Positions 1 through 8,750 of a DNA stretch of 64,000 bases are shown piece by piece. The DNA lies in assembly GCA_030649945.1 (NCBI GenBank), contig JAUSFE010000104.1, forward strand, positions 6,004-70,003. Reading direction: 5' to 3'. The notes beneath the pieces were generated by a model that was not told the origin of the DNA, did not search any database, and saw only the letters and a program-made list of their open reading frames with translations. The stretch's first letter is position 1. Every line of letters starts with the position of its first letter. The position numbers were made by a program, and so were the translations under genes. The DNA comes from Dehalococcoidia bacterium. GTDB lineage: Bacteria > Chloroflexota > Dehalococcoidia > SM23-28-2 > RBG-16-64-32.

Positions 1-116
1 ACAGTGCGCGCTCCGGGACCCAGCACCCGGGTCGCACCCGGCGACGGCGGGGGAGCGCAGGCGCCACGACAGACCCTTCGTTCCTCAGGGTGACAGGTTA
101 GCGATAACATAGTCCC

Positions 117-160
117 GTGAAGATAACCGTCGAGCTCCAGGCCCACCTCAAGCAGTACGA
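117..160 (+). repeat. Duplicated 5' segment (~44 nt, 2 mismatches) of the moaD-like gene start; its reading frame continues into unrelated sequence
   Basis: 'tgaagataaccgtcgagctccaggcc(c/t)acctc(a/g)agcagtacg' occurs at 119-160 and again at 297-340; the translated peptide MKITVELQA is repeated. Confidence 0.6.
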
Positions 161-173
161 CCTGAACGCCACT

Positions 174-259
174 TGTCATCCTGAGCGCCGAACACGCTTG
201 CTCGTGGCGATCACGCATCTTCGCGAAGGGATCTGGGGTGGGGCAGACCCTCGCTGCGC
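174..259. repeat. ~85-bp repeat element (copy 1) with core 'cttcgcgaagggatctggggtggggcagacc', lying between the duplicated moaD 5' ends
   Basis: A 31-nt segment is near-identical to one at 54204-54233, and a flanking 'tgtcatcc(t/c)gagc' motif is shared. Confidence 0.55.
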
Positions 260-295
260 GGCCAGCGGGGACCCGCAGACCCGGACAAAGCAGCC

Positions 296-529
296 ATGAA
301 GATAACCGTCGAGCTCCAGGCCTACCTCGAGCAGTACGCGCCGGACGGCCGGGGCGTCTTCGACTGCGAACTGCCGGCTGGCGCGCGCGTCTGGGACCTT
401 GTGCGCAAGCTGGGCGTGCCGGACGAACTGGCCAACGTCGTCGTCGTGGGCAACACGGCGACGGACTTGGAGTACGAGCTGAGCGAGGGCGACCGCGTCA
501 CGCTGATCCCGCCGATCGCCGGCGGTTAA
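296..529 (+). CDS. moaD: MoaD/ThiS-family sulfur-carrier protein (77 aa, C-terminal Gly-Gly)
   Basis: Small ubiquitin-like ORF ending in ...PPIAGG; typical size and GG terminus for this family. Confidence 0.7.
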   Translation: MKITVELQAYLEQYAPDGRGVFDCELPAGARVWDLVRKLGVPDELANVVVVGNTATDLEYELSEGDRVTLIPPIAGG

Positions 530-727
530 GAGCACCCCCGGATCTTCAGCCCGTCGCCGACGCCCCAGGGCTGACTCTGCAGCTACAGCTTCAGTAACAA
601 TTGCCCGGCCGCTGCCGTCAAATTGTTGACAACGGTTTGCGCTTGCGCTAGCCTTGCAAATGCGACCAGTTGCAGTTGCCATTGATAGCTCCGGCACTGC
701 GAAATTGCCAAACAAACTGGACCTACC

Positions 728-1174
728 ATGAGCTGTGAGACAGAGACCGCCATCGCCCTCAGGGACGCCGGGCAGAAGGTGACGCCCCAGCGCATGCTCA
801 TCCTCTGCACGGTGCGTCATGCGCGCGAGCACGTCACCGCCCCCGGGCTCATCGAGGAGGTGCGCCGCGCGTATCCCTTCCTCGATCCCTCCACCGTCTA
901 CCGCACCCTTTCGTCGGCGGCGGCCCTGGGGCTCGTCAGCGAGACGGACATGGGCGCCGGGGACACGGAGTACGAGTGGATCGGCAAGGACCGCCACCAT
1001 CACCTGATCTGCCGCTCCTGCGGTGACGTCACCTCGCTCGATAACAGCTACCTGGATAGCCTGGCCACCGCCCTCTACGACGAGCTTGGCTTCCGGGCGG
1101 ACCTCGGCCATTTCGCCATCTTCGGCGTCTGCGCGCCGTGCCGGGCCCGGTCCGGGGCAGCAGCAGGCGACTGA
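728..1174 (+). CDS. Fur-family metalloregulator (Fur/Zur/Nur-like)
   Basis: Winged-helix N-terminus with ...TPQRMLIL... and a C-terminal HHHLICRSCG...CAPC metal-binding region; placed immediately upstream of a Ni/Co transporter. Confidence 0.85.
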   Translation: MSCETETAIALRDAGQKVTPQRMLILCTVRHAREHVTAPGLIEEVRRAYPFLDPSTVYRTLSSAAALGLVSETDMGAGDTEYEWIGKDRHHHLICRSCGDVTSLDNSYLDSLATALYDELGFRADLGHFAIFGVCAPCRARSGAAAGD

Positions 1175-1183
1175 GCCGAAGCG

Positions 1184-2254
1184 ATGTTCGAGCTGCTCTC
1201 CGCCTCCACCCCGTTCGGTTTCTCCCCGCCGGCCCTCTCGATCGCCGGCTCCGCTGGCGTAATAGGCGCGGCCATCGCGCTCGGCATCCGCCACGGCATC
1301 GACTGGGACCACATCGCCGCCATCACGGACATCACCAGCACGACCGCTGCGGTGGATACCGGGGAGAAGTGGCTGGTCAGCGAGCCCGGCGTGATGCTCA
1401 CGGACGAGTCCCATCACAAGCTCGCAGGCGCGGCGGCGTCCGCGGGCACGGCCTCCGCGCAAGTCGCCGTGGAGGAGGGAGAGCCGTCTCACACGCACCG
1501 GCACCTGTCCGTCCTCCACCACCCCCACAACGGGCCGGCGACCGCGCGCAACGGTCACCTCGGCGCGACCATCGATACGTTCGTGCGCAAACAACGGCCG
1601 GCCCTGCTGCTGGGGACCATGTACGCCCTGGGCCACGGCAGCGTCGTCTTCGCGCTGGGGCTGCTTGCCCTCCTGGCGCGCGAGTTCCTGCCCGACTGGA
1701 TCGACCCCGTGATGGAGCGTGTCGTGGGCGTGACGCTGCTGTTCCTGGCGGCGTACCTCTTCTATTCTATCTACCGCTTTTTCCGCGGCGGCGACGAGTT
1801 CCAGATGAGAAGCCGCTGGATGCTCGTCTTCGCGGCTGTCCGTAACGGCTTTGAGCTGATCCGGTCCCGCCTGCTGGGGCGGCCACACCATCACGTCCAC
1901 GAGGCGCAGCGATACGGCGTGCGCACGGCCTACGGCATCGGCATGATCCATGGCGTCGGCGCGGAGACCGGGACGCAGGTGCTGGTGATCACGACCGCGG
2001 TGGGCGCCGGCAGCCAGCTGATGGGCGTCGTCGCCCTCGCCGGCTTCCTCGTCGGCCTGATCATCTCGAACTCTGTCGTCACCGTGATCAGCGCCGCGGG
2101 CTTCGTCTCCTCGCGTCAGCGGCAGTGGATCTACGTAGCGGCGGGCATCTTCGCGGCAGTCTTCAGCCTGGTCGTGGGGACGTTCTTCCTCCTCCGGGCG
2201 TCAGACATCCTGCCGGACCTGGACCGCTTCTTCGGCTGGCTGGGCCCGCGCTAG
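1184..2254 (+). CDS. NicO/RcnA-family nickel/cobalt transporter with His-rich loop
   Basis: Multi-TM protein with a GIRHGIDWDHIAAITD (HxxxxDH) signature and a His-rich loop HTHRHLSVLHHPHNG. Confidence 0.6.
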   Translation: MFELLSASTPFGFSPPALSIAGSAGVIGAAIALGIRHGIDWDHIAAITDITSTTAAVDTGEKWLVSEPGVMLTDESHHKLAGAAASAGTASAQVAVEEGEPSHTHRHLSVLHHPHNGPATARNGHLGATIDTFVRKQRPALLLGTMYALGHGSVVFALGLLALLAREFLPDWIDPVMERVVGVTLLFLAAYLFYSIYRFFRGGDEFQMRSRWMLVFAAVRNGFELIRSRLLGRPHHHVHEAQRYGVRTAYGIGMIHGVGAETGTQVLVITTAVGAGSQLMGVVALAGFLVGLIISNSVVTVISAAGFVSSRQRQWIYVAAGIFAAVFSLVVGTFFLLRASDILPDLDRFFGWLGPR

Positions 2255-2290
2255 AGGCGGGGGCCAGCCGCCGGCCCGGCATCCAGACTA

Positions 2291-2905
2291 ATGCCGCTTT
2301 CCGTCCTCCTGCACTTCGGTGGCGCCGGCACCTATACCGCCGCCTTCATGGTTTCAGTCGCCTTCGTGCTCGTTTTCGTGTTCAGTTTTGCTGTAGGCAG
2401 GCTGCCCGAGGGCGTTACGCGTTGGAGCGGGGCCTGGGCGGCGGCCTGGCTGCGCGCCTCTCTGCCCCGCCTCACGGTGGCCGGCGTCTTCGCCGGCGGC
2501 CTCTTCCTGGCCTCGAGCCTCTCGGGCGGCGGCGACGGCGGCACAGCCGGGAACGCGGCCCTCTGCAATCGCCCGCTCCCGCCCGTCACCTCGCAGCCGG
2601 TAACTGAGCAGCGCCTGCAGGCGGCGATCGCAGACATGCGGCGCGTGGGAGAGGCGGCGCGCAGGGGAGACAGCGACCAGGCGCGAGTGGTTTTCTACGA
2701 GGGCGGCTCACACAACCTGACCCACGACATCGACAGGCCCCTGAGAACAGCCGCTGCGGGGCTCGCCCGGGACCTCTGCCTCAGCATGGTGGAGCTGGAG
2801 CGCCAGTTCACGGGCAAGCTGGACGCCGGGATCATCGCCCGTGAGGCCAACGCCTCGGCCGGCGTCCTGGAGAAGGCGGGCGGGGTGCTGGCGCTGGCAC
2901 CGTGA
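2291..2905 (+). CDS. Hypothetical membrane-anchored protein
   Basis: N-terminal TM helices; coding periodicity; no recognisable domain. Confidence 0.35.
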   Translation: MPLSVLLHFGGAGTYTAAFMVSVAFVLVFVFSFAVGRLPEGVTRWSGAWAAAWLRASLPRLTVAGVFAGGLFLASSLSGGGDGGTAGNAALCNRPLPPVTSQPVTEQRLQAAIADMRRVGEAARRGDSDQARVVFYEGGSHNLTHDIDRPLRTAAAGLARDLCLSMVELERQFTGKLDAGIIAREANASAGVLEKAGGVLALAP

Positions 2906-2914
2906 GCGCCTGCG

Positions 2915-3280
2915 CTACGCCGGCGCCACCTTGATATCGTTGCCCTCCACCTGCACGGGATACGTCTTTATGGGTTCGCTGGGCGGAGGGCTCACAACAT
3001 CTCCCGTCCGCACGTTGAACTGGCCGCCGTGGAACGGGCACTCCACAACGTCATCCACGAGCAGACCTTCGCCCAGGGGGCCGGCCCGGTGCGTGCAGGT
3101 GTTGCTGAAGGCGACGAACTCCCCGTTGACGTTCGCGATCGCCACCTCCTCGCCGCCCACCTCCACAATCTTCATCTCGCCCGGCGGCACCTCGTCCACA
3201 GTAGCCACCTTCACGTAGTCGGCCATGCCAGCTCCTCCTGCATAAGCGAAGTATTCGGTGTCGCAATCATAACAGGCCAC
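2915..3280 (-). CDS. Rieske [2Fe-2S] ferredoxin (small oxygenase ferredoxin component)
   Basis: CTHRAGPL...CPFHGGQF motif (CxH-x17-CxxH), 121 aa. Confidence 0.8.
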   Translation of the reverse strand: MACYDCDTEYFAYAGGAGMADYVKVATVDEVPPGEMKIVEVGGEEVAIANVNGEFVAFSNTCTHRAGPLGEGLLVDDVVECPFHGGQFNVRTGDVVSPPPSEPIKTYPVQVEGNDIKVAPA

Positions 3281-3435
3281 CGGCTCTATTGCAGCGCCCT
3301 TTGCGGCCGTGTTACCATGCGCTGGACAGTGCTGCTGTCTTGACCTTTAAGGCGGTCCCGTGAGGCTGCCAAGGAGCGATAGTGCTGACGCAGACCTGCG
3401 TCCCCGCTAAGAACACATACAGGCCGGCCGGCGGT

Positions 3436-3466
3436 CCCTCCCCCTGTTGCGGGAGGGCCTTTTGTT
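3436..3466 (+). terminator. Putative pyr-leader attenuator hairpin (intrinsic terminator) upstream of pyrR
   Basis: ccctccc-cctgttgc-gggaggg followed by ccttttgtt; its position matches the PyrR-regulated leader terminators described in Bacillus-type pyr operons. Confidence 0.5.
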
Positions 3467-4028
3467 GCGGGGGCCGCGCCTCTTGAACGGCCACGTAGTC
3501 CTCTCCGCAGACGATATCCGCCGCGCCATCCGCCGCATCGCCCACGAGATCGTGGAGCGGAACCGCGGCCTGGAAGGCCTGGTGCTGGTGGGCATGCGCA
3601 CGCGCGGCGTCCCGCTGGCCCAGCGGCTGGCCGCCGCCATCCAGGAGTTCGAGGGGGCAGCCGTGCCCGTCGGGACGCTGGACATCGGCCTCTACCGCGA
3701 TGACATCGCCTCCCTGGAACTGCGGCCGCACATCCAGCCCACGGAGCTGCCGGGCGATATTGACGGCAAGCGCGTGGTACTGGTGGACGACGTGCTCTAC
3801 ACGGGCCGCAGCATCCGCGCCGCCCTGGACGCCCTCACGGACTTCGGCCGCCCGGCCAGCATCCAGCTGGCGGTCCTCGTGGACCGCGGCCACCGGGAGC
3901 TGCCCATCCGACCGGACTACGTGGGCAAGAACATCCCCACTTCCCTGCACGAAGAGGTGGAGGTCTGCCTGGAGGAGGCCGACGGCCGGGATGAAGTGCG
4001 CCTTGTGCGCGGAGAGGGCGAAAGATGA
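3447..4028 (+). CDS. pyrR: PyrR, bifunctional pyr operon regulator/uracil phosphoribosyltransferase; true start probably TTG at ~3483
   Basis: [18 protein letters not shown]... and the PRPP-binding [20 protein letters not shown]; alignment to B. subtilis PyrR suggests the ORF's first ~12 codons are leader. Confidence 0.85.
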   Translation: MREGLLLRGPRLLNGHVVLSADDIRRAIRRIAHEIVERNRGLEGLVLVGMRTRGVPLAQRLAAAIQEFEGAAVPVGTLDIGLYRDDIASLELRPHIQPTELPGDIDGKRVVLVDDVLYTGRSIRAALDALTDFGRPASIQLAVLVDRGHRELPIRPDYVGKNIPTSLHEEVEVCLEEADGRDEVRLVRGEGER

Positions 4029-5059
4029 GCCGGGAACGCTTGTCCCCGGAACCCGCCTCAGGCGGGCCGGTCGCCCCTGCTATCGAGACGAAACCCCGCG
4101 CCGGCTGGACGCGCAGCCACCTGCTGGACCTTGACGACTTCACTCCCGGGGAGATGGAAACCGTCATGGAGACGGCGGGTGCCATGAAGGAGGTGCTGGG
4201 CCGCGAGGTACCGCGCGTGCCGGCGCTGCGCGGCAAGACGATCATCACCCTGTTCTACGAGGCCAGCACCCGCACCCGCGCGTCCTTCGAGCTGGCCGGC
4301 AAGGCGCTGGGCGCCGACGTCATCAACGTCGCGGCCGGCGGTTCCAGCGTCGAGAAAGGCGAGTCGCTTATCGATACCGTGCGCACGCTGCAGGCGGTGG
4401 GCGCGGACGTGCTCATCATGCGCCACCCGTCGTCGGGGGCGCCGTACCTGGTCACGCGGCACGTGGAGTGCAGCGTGATCAACGCCGGCGACGGCTGGCA
4501 CGCGCACCCCACGCAGGCGCTGCTGGACGTTTACACCATGCGCGCCCACCTGGGCGAGCTGCGCGGACGGCGCGTGGTCATCGTCGGCGATATTGCGCAC
4601 AGCCGTGTCGCCCGCTCCAACATCTGGGGCCTGGCCGCGGCCGGCGCGGAGGTTGTGCTCTGCGCCCCGCCCACGCTGCTCCCGGCCGGGATGCGCCCGG
4701 GCGAACCCGGGCCGGAGGAGCCGCTCGCCCTGCCACGCGTGGAGGTGGAGACCAACATCGAGCGCGCCATCGCCGGAGCGGACGTCGTCATGGCGCTGCG
4801 CCTGCAGAAGGAGCGCATGCAGTCCGGACTGCTGCCCTCGATACGTGAATACGCCACGCTCTACCAGGTGACGGAGCAGCGGCTGGCGCTCGCCCGGCCC
4901 GGTGCGCTCGTCATGCACCCGGGGCCGATGAACGAGGGCGTGGAGATCTCGCCCGCCGTGGCCCGCAGTCTGCAGTCCGTGGTGGACGAGCAGGTGGCCA
5001 ACGGCGTCGCCGTGCGCATGGCGGTGCTTTATCTGATGGCGCGGGGGAAGCTGTCGTGA
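4025..5059 (+). CDS. pyrB: Aspartate carbamoyltransferase catalytic subunit
   Basis: [19 protein letters not shown] and HPTQALLD motifs; ATGA-type overlap with the pyrR stop. Confidence 0.9.
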   Translation: MSRERLSPEPASGGPVAPAIETKPRAGWTRSHLLDLDDFTPGEMETVMETAGAMKEVLGREVPRVPALRGKTIITLFYEASTRTRASFELAGKALGADVINVAAGGSSVEKGESLIDTVRTLQAVGADVLIMRHPSSGAPYLVTRHVECSVINAGDGWHAHPTQALLDVYTMRAHLGELRGRRVVIVGDIAHSRVARSNIWGLAAAGAEVVLCAPPTLLPAGMRPGEPGPEEPLALPRVEVETNIERAIAGADVVMALRLQKERMQSGLLPSIREYATLYQVTEQRLALARPGALVMHPGPMNEGVEISPAVARSLQSVVDEQVANGVAVRMAVLYLMARGKLS

Positions 5060-5088
5060 CGGGGCGGCTGCCGGCAATGCGCAACGCC

Positions 5089-5116
5089 GTAGGGGTCGTT
5101 CGCGAACGATCCCTAC
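5089..5116. repeat. 28-bp palindrome GTAGGGGTCGTTCGCGAACGATCCCTAC (family B), intergenic pyrB-pyrC
   Basis: Near-perfect inverted repeat; a perfect copy of the same family lies inside the pyrC CDS at 6204-6231. Confidence 0.7.
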
Positions 5117-5135
5117 AACCGCTTGCCTTCCCACG

Positions 5136-6482
5136 ATGTCCAGGAGGTCGCGGATGACCAGCCTAGCCATTCGCGGCGGGCGGGTGATCGACCCGGCGAA
5201 CGGCGTTGACGCCGTCGCCGACGTGGTCATTGCCGACGGGCGCGTCGCGGCCGTCGGGCCGGACGCCGGCAAGGACGCCGCCGAGACGATCGACGCCCGC
5301 GGGCTCGTCGTCTGCCCGGGGTTCGTCGATATCCACGCGCACCTGCGAGAGCCAGGCTTCGAGCACAAGGAGACGATTGCGACAGGCACGCTGGCGGCGG
5401 CGCGCGGCGGCTTCACCACCGTCTGCGCCATGCCCAACACCGAGCCGCCAATCGACAACGCGGGCGCGGTCGAGTTCGTCCTGCGCACCACGCAGGCCCA
5501 GGGCGCCGTCCGCGTCCTGCCTATCGCCTGCGTCACGAAGGGCCGCGCCGGGCGGGAATTGGCCGAGCTGGCGGAGCTGGCGCAGGCGGGCGCGATCGCG
5601 TTCAGCGACGACGGTGCGCCTGTGGCCGACGCCCACCTGATGCGGCGGGCGCTGGAGTACGCCGGCATGCTCGGCGTGCCCGTCATCGACCACTGCGAAG
5701 ACCCCTCGCTGGCCGCGGGCGGCGTCATGCACGAAGGCTGGGTGTCCACCCGCCTGGGCCTGCGCGGCGTCCCCGCCTCGGCCGAAGAGGCGATGGTGGC
5801 GCGGGACATCGCTCTGGCCGAGCAGACGGGGTCGCACGTCCACATCGCGCACGTCAGCACGGCGGGCGCTGTGGACCTCATCCGCAATGCCAAGGCGCGT
5901 CGCGTCCGCGTCACGGCCGAGGTGACGCCGCATCACCTGGCGCTGACGCACGAAGCCGTTCTCACCGGCCCCGGAGAGACGCCGGGCGGACTGGCCTACG
6001 ACACCAACGCCAAGGTCAACCCGCCCCTGCGCACGCCGGCCGATACGGATGCCTGCCTCGCCGGGCTGCTGGACGGCACGATCGACTGCATCGCCACGGA
6101 CCACGCGCCGCACGCCGTCCAGGACAAGCTGTGCGAGTTCGACGCCGCGGCCTTCGGCATCAGCGGCCTGGAGACGGCGCTGGGGCTCCTGCTGACAACC
6201 CGCGTAGGGGCGGTTCGCGAACCGCCCCTACAGCGTCTGATCGAGGCGCTCACCATCGCCCCCGCACGGACGCTCGGCCTCGACGCCCGCATCGCGGGGC
6301 TGGGCACGCTGTCGCCGGGCGCACAGGGGGACGTCACGATCATCGACCCCGAGGCGGAGTGGGTTGTCGAGCCGGAGACGTTCGCCAGCAAGGGCAAGAA
6401 CACGCCGCTGGCGGGACGCAGGCTGACGGGGCGCGTGGTGGCGACGGTGTACGGGGGACGGGTGGTGTTCGATGACCGCTAA
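5136..6482 (+). CDS. pyrC: Dihydroorotase
   Basis: DIHAHLREPG...; DHAPH; amidohydrolase fold. Confidence 0.9.
   Translation: MSRRSRMTSLAIRGGRVIDPANGVDAVADVVIADGRVAAVGPDAGKDAAETIDARGLVVCPGFVDIHAHLREPGFEHKETIATGTLAAARGGFTTVCAMPNTEPPIDNAGAVEFVLRTTQAQGAVRVLPIACVTKGRAGRELAELAELAQAGAIAFSDDGAPVADAHLMRRALEYAGMLGVPVIDHCEDPSLAAGGVMHEGWVSTRLGLRGVPASAEEAMVARDIALAEQTGSHVHIAHVSTAGAVDLIRNAKARRVRVTAEVTPHHLALTHEAVLTGPGETPGGLAYDTNAKVNPPLRTPADTDACLAGLLDGTIDCIATDHAPHAVQDKLCEFDAAAFGISGLETALGLLLTTRVGAVREPPLQRLIEALTIAPARTLGLDARIAGLGTLSPGAQGDVTIIDPEAEWVVEPETFASKGKNTPLAGRRLTGRVVATVYGGRVVFDDR
6204..6231. repeat. 28-bp perfect palindrome GTAGGGGCGGTTCGCGAACCGCCCCTAC (family B) inserted in-frame within pyrC
   Basis: Perfect inverted repeat encoding ...RVGAVREPPLQ... 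inside dihydroorotase. Confidence 0.7.
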
Positions 6483-7605
6483 AGCCCTCCTCGTCCTCCA
6501 GGACGGCACCGTCTTCAGCGGCAAGCCCCTCGGCGCGCCCGCCCATTCCCACGGCGAGGTGGTGTTCTCCACGGCCATGACCGGCTATCAGGAGATGCTT
6601 ACGGATCCCTCGTTCGCGGGGCAAGTGCTGGTGCTCACCTACCCGCTGGCCGGCAACTACGGCATCAACCCGGAGGCCGTGGAGTCGAAGCGCATCCAGG
6701 TGCGCGGCCTCGTCGTGCACGAGGCCTGCGAGCGGCCCTCGCACTGGCAGTCGGAGATGACCCTGCACGACTACCTGGCGTCGCAGGACATCCCCGGCAT
6801 CGCCGGCGTGGACACGCGCGCCCTCACCCGCCGCCTGCGCCGCGAGGGGGTGACCATGGGCGCCATCACGTCCGACGAGACGGCGGGAGAGGCGCTGGCC
6901 CGTCTGCGCTCGCTGCCCGGGTACGGCGAGACGGACTTCGTGCGCGAGGTGAGCACGGACAAGCCCTACGAGTGGCAGCCTTATCCCCCGCTGGGTGTCA
7001 GGCTTCAGCCTGACACCCAGCGGCGCCACGCTGCGTCCGCCCTCCGGCGGATCGTCGTCATCGACAGCGGCGTCAAGTACAACATCATGCGCCTGCTGGC
7101 GGCGCGCGGCTGCCGGGTGACGGCGCTGCCATCGCACGCCTCCGCGGACGACGTGCTGTCGCACAAGCCGGACGGCGTCGTGTTCTCCCCCGGCCCGGGC
7201 GACCCCGCCTTCCTGGACTACCAGGTGGCGACGGTCAAGCAACTAATCGGGCGCGCGCCGGTGCTGGGCATCTGCCTGGGCCACCAGGTGCTGGGCCGGG
7301 CGTTCGGGGCGCGCACCTTCAAGCTGAAGTTCGGACACCGGGGCGCTAACCATCCGGTGCGCGACCTGGAGACGGGCCGCGTGCACATCACGGCCCAGAA
7401 CCACGGCTACGCGGTGGATCCCGACGGTCTCTCGGCGGACATCGAGGTCTCGCAGGTGCACCTGAACGACGGCACCTGCGAGGGGCTGCGGCACCGCACG
7501 GAGCCCGTCATCTCGATCCAGTACCACTCAGAGGCCTCGCCGGGGCCGCTGGACAACGTCTACGTCTTCGACCGCTTCGTGCAGATGATGGATGGCGATA
7601 GGTGA
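6472..7605 (+). CDS. carA: Carbamoyl-phosphate synthase small (glutaminase) subunit
   Basis: GICLGHQ catalytic Cys, HGYAVD, YHSEASPGP; overlaps the pyrC stop. Confidence 0.9.
   Translation: MTAKALLVLQDGTVFSGKPLGAPAHSHGEVVFSTAMTGYQEMLTDPSFAGQVLVLTYPLAGNYGINPEAVESKRIQVRGLVVHEACERPSHWQSEMTLHDYLASQDIPGIAGVDTRALTRRLRREGVTMGAITSDETAGEALARLRSLPGYGETDFVREVSTDKPYEWQPYPPLGVRLQPDTQRRHAASALRRIVVIDSGVKYNIMRLLAARGCRVTALPSHASADDVLSHKPDGVVFSPGPGDPAFLDYQVATVKQLIGRAPVLGICLGHQVLGRAFGARTFKLKFGHRGANHPVRDLETGRVHITAQNHGYAVDPDGLSADIEVSQVHLNDGTCEGLRHRTEPVISIQYHSEASPGPLDNVYVFDRFVQMMDGDR
6993..7018. repeat. 26-bp perfect palindrome GGGTGTCAGGC-TTCA-GCCTGACACCC (family A) inserted in-frame in carA
   Basis: Lies within a ~20-aa segment (QPYPPLGVRLQPDTQRRHAASALRR) that is absent from E. 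coli and Bacillus CarA between PYEW and the IVVID/VVAYDFG block. Confidence 0.7.
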
Positions 7606-7643
7606 TGTACAATAAGCGCATCAATATGTGATGAGGTGAACTG

Positions 7644-7901
7644 ATGCGCACGACGCTGAATATCGATCCGAAACTCCTCGAAAAGGTGGTTGCGATTACG
7701 GGCGAGAGGAACAAAGGGAAGGCCGTAGATCGCGCCATGGATGAGTTCCTCCGCCGGAAGGCAGTCGAAAAACTGCTGGCCGCACGCGGCAAGTTCCGCC
7801 TGCATGTCAAACACGAAGAATGGGAAGAAGCTGATCTCAAGGTCGAACTTGAGCACAAGAGGAGCAGAAGGTGGTCATCGCCGACGCGGATGTCTGGATA
7901 G
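7644..7901 (+). CDS. vapB: VapB-like type II antitoxin (Arc/MetJ-type, DUF2191-like)
   Basis: MRTTLNIDPKLLEKVVAITGERNKGKAVDRAMDEFL...; immediately precedes and overlaps a PIN toxin gene; lower GC than flanks. Confidence 0.65.
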   Translation: MRTTLNIDPKLLEKVVAITGERNKGKAVDRAMDEFLRRKAVEKLLAARGKFRLHVKHEEWEEADLKVELEHKRSRRWSSPTRMSG

Positions 7902-8269
7902 ACTACTTCGAACGTTCGTCATCACGGACCGGCCAAGCGCTCGATCGGTTGATCCGAAGCGGGCGCACGGCTGTTGCAGAACCGGTCCTGGCCGAACTCG
8001 TGCGAGGCACGCAGGGTGACGACGAGCTTCAGGAACTCAAGGAGATGCTAAGTGGGGTCCCGTACGTCGAGATGAGCCGTGAGACCTGGGTGCGGGCCGG
8101 CCGGATCGCACACGACCTCGACAGGAGGGGAACGCGAATACCGGTCGTGGACATCTTCATCGCCTCGCTGGCAATCGAAGAGGGGCACGAAGTCTTCACC
8201 CGCGACCGCCACTTCGAGCGCATTCCTGGGTTGCGTCTGTACAAGCCGAAGGGGGCTTCCGATGCCTGA
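7871..8269 (+). CDS. vapC: VapC PIN-domain ribonuclease toxin
   Basis: GTG start; VIADADVWIDY...PVLAEL...D...FIASLA: PIN acidic residues. Confidence 0.7.
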   Translation: MVIADADVWIDYFERSSSRTGQALDRLIRSGRTAVAEPVLAELVRGTQGDDELQELKEMLSGVPYVEMSRETWVRAGRIAHDLDRRGTRIPVVDIFIASLAIEEGHEVFTRDRHFERIPGLRLYKPKGASDA

Positions 8270-8738
8270 CCCCACGTACCGCCAGGCCACGATGGACGAC
8301 GCCGCCGCCATCGCCGCGATCGGCGCGCTGGTGTGGGACGAGTTCGGCGAGCGCAGCGGGCTGCCCGGCCGCATGACGGACGACGGCGTGCGCGGCCGTC
8401 TCTCCGAGTGGGGCGCCAAGGGTGCGATGTTCGTCTGCGACGCGGGCGGCGGCCTCTGCGGCTTCGCGGCCGTGCAGCCGGACCCTTCGGCAGGCTCAGG
8501 GCAGGCTCCACACCCGCGGGAGGCGGTGATGGGCGTCTGGGTGGCGCCGTCCGCGCGCGGCAAGGGCGTGGGCACGGACCTGGCGCTGATGGCCACGGAC
8601 TTCGCGCGCGCGGCGGGCTACCAGAAGCTGCGCGGCACCATCCCCGAAGGCAACGAGAGCGCGCTCTCGTTCTTCGGCGAGATCGGCAGCCTCGCGCAGA
8701 TGGTGGGCCAAGGCATGGAGTACGAGCTGCCGCTGTGA
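8262..8738 (+). CDS. GNAT-family N-acetyltransferase
   Basis: MPDPTYRQATMDDAAAIAAI...VWVAPSARGKGVGTDL (acetyl-CoA-binding motif A); ATG at 8262 overlaps the vapC stop. Confidence 0.7.
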   Translation: MPDPTYRQATMDDAAAIAAIGALVWDEFGERSGLPGRMTDDGVRGRLSEWGAKGAMFVCDAGGGLCGFAAVQPDPSAGSGQAPHPREAVMGVWVAPSARGKGVGTDLALMATDFARAAGYQKLRGTIPEGNESALSFFGEIGSLAQMVGQGMEYELPL

Positions 8739-8750
8739 GGAGATAACGTA

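Noticed and set aside
176-1951. 591-aa minus-strand ORF spanning the moaD/fur/transporter region
   Set aside because: Antisense to three well-supported plus-strand genes. Its composition is Arg/Ala/Gly-rich, typical of stop-free antisense frames in ~70% GC DNA. No recognisable domain.
4058-5914. 618-aa minus-strand ORF antisense to pyrB/pyrC
   Set aside because: Overlaps two strongly conserved plus-strand enzymes; low-complexity Arg/Ala/Pro content; high-GC artefact.
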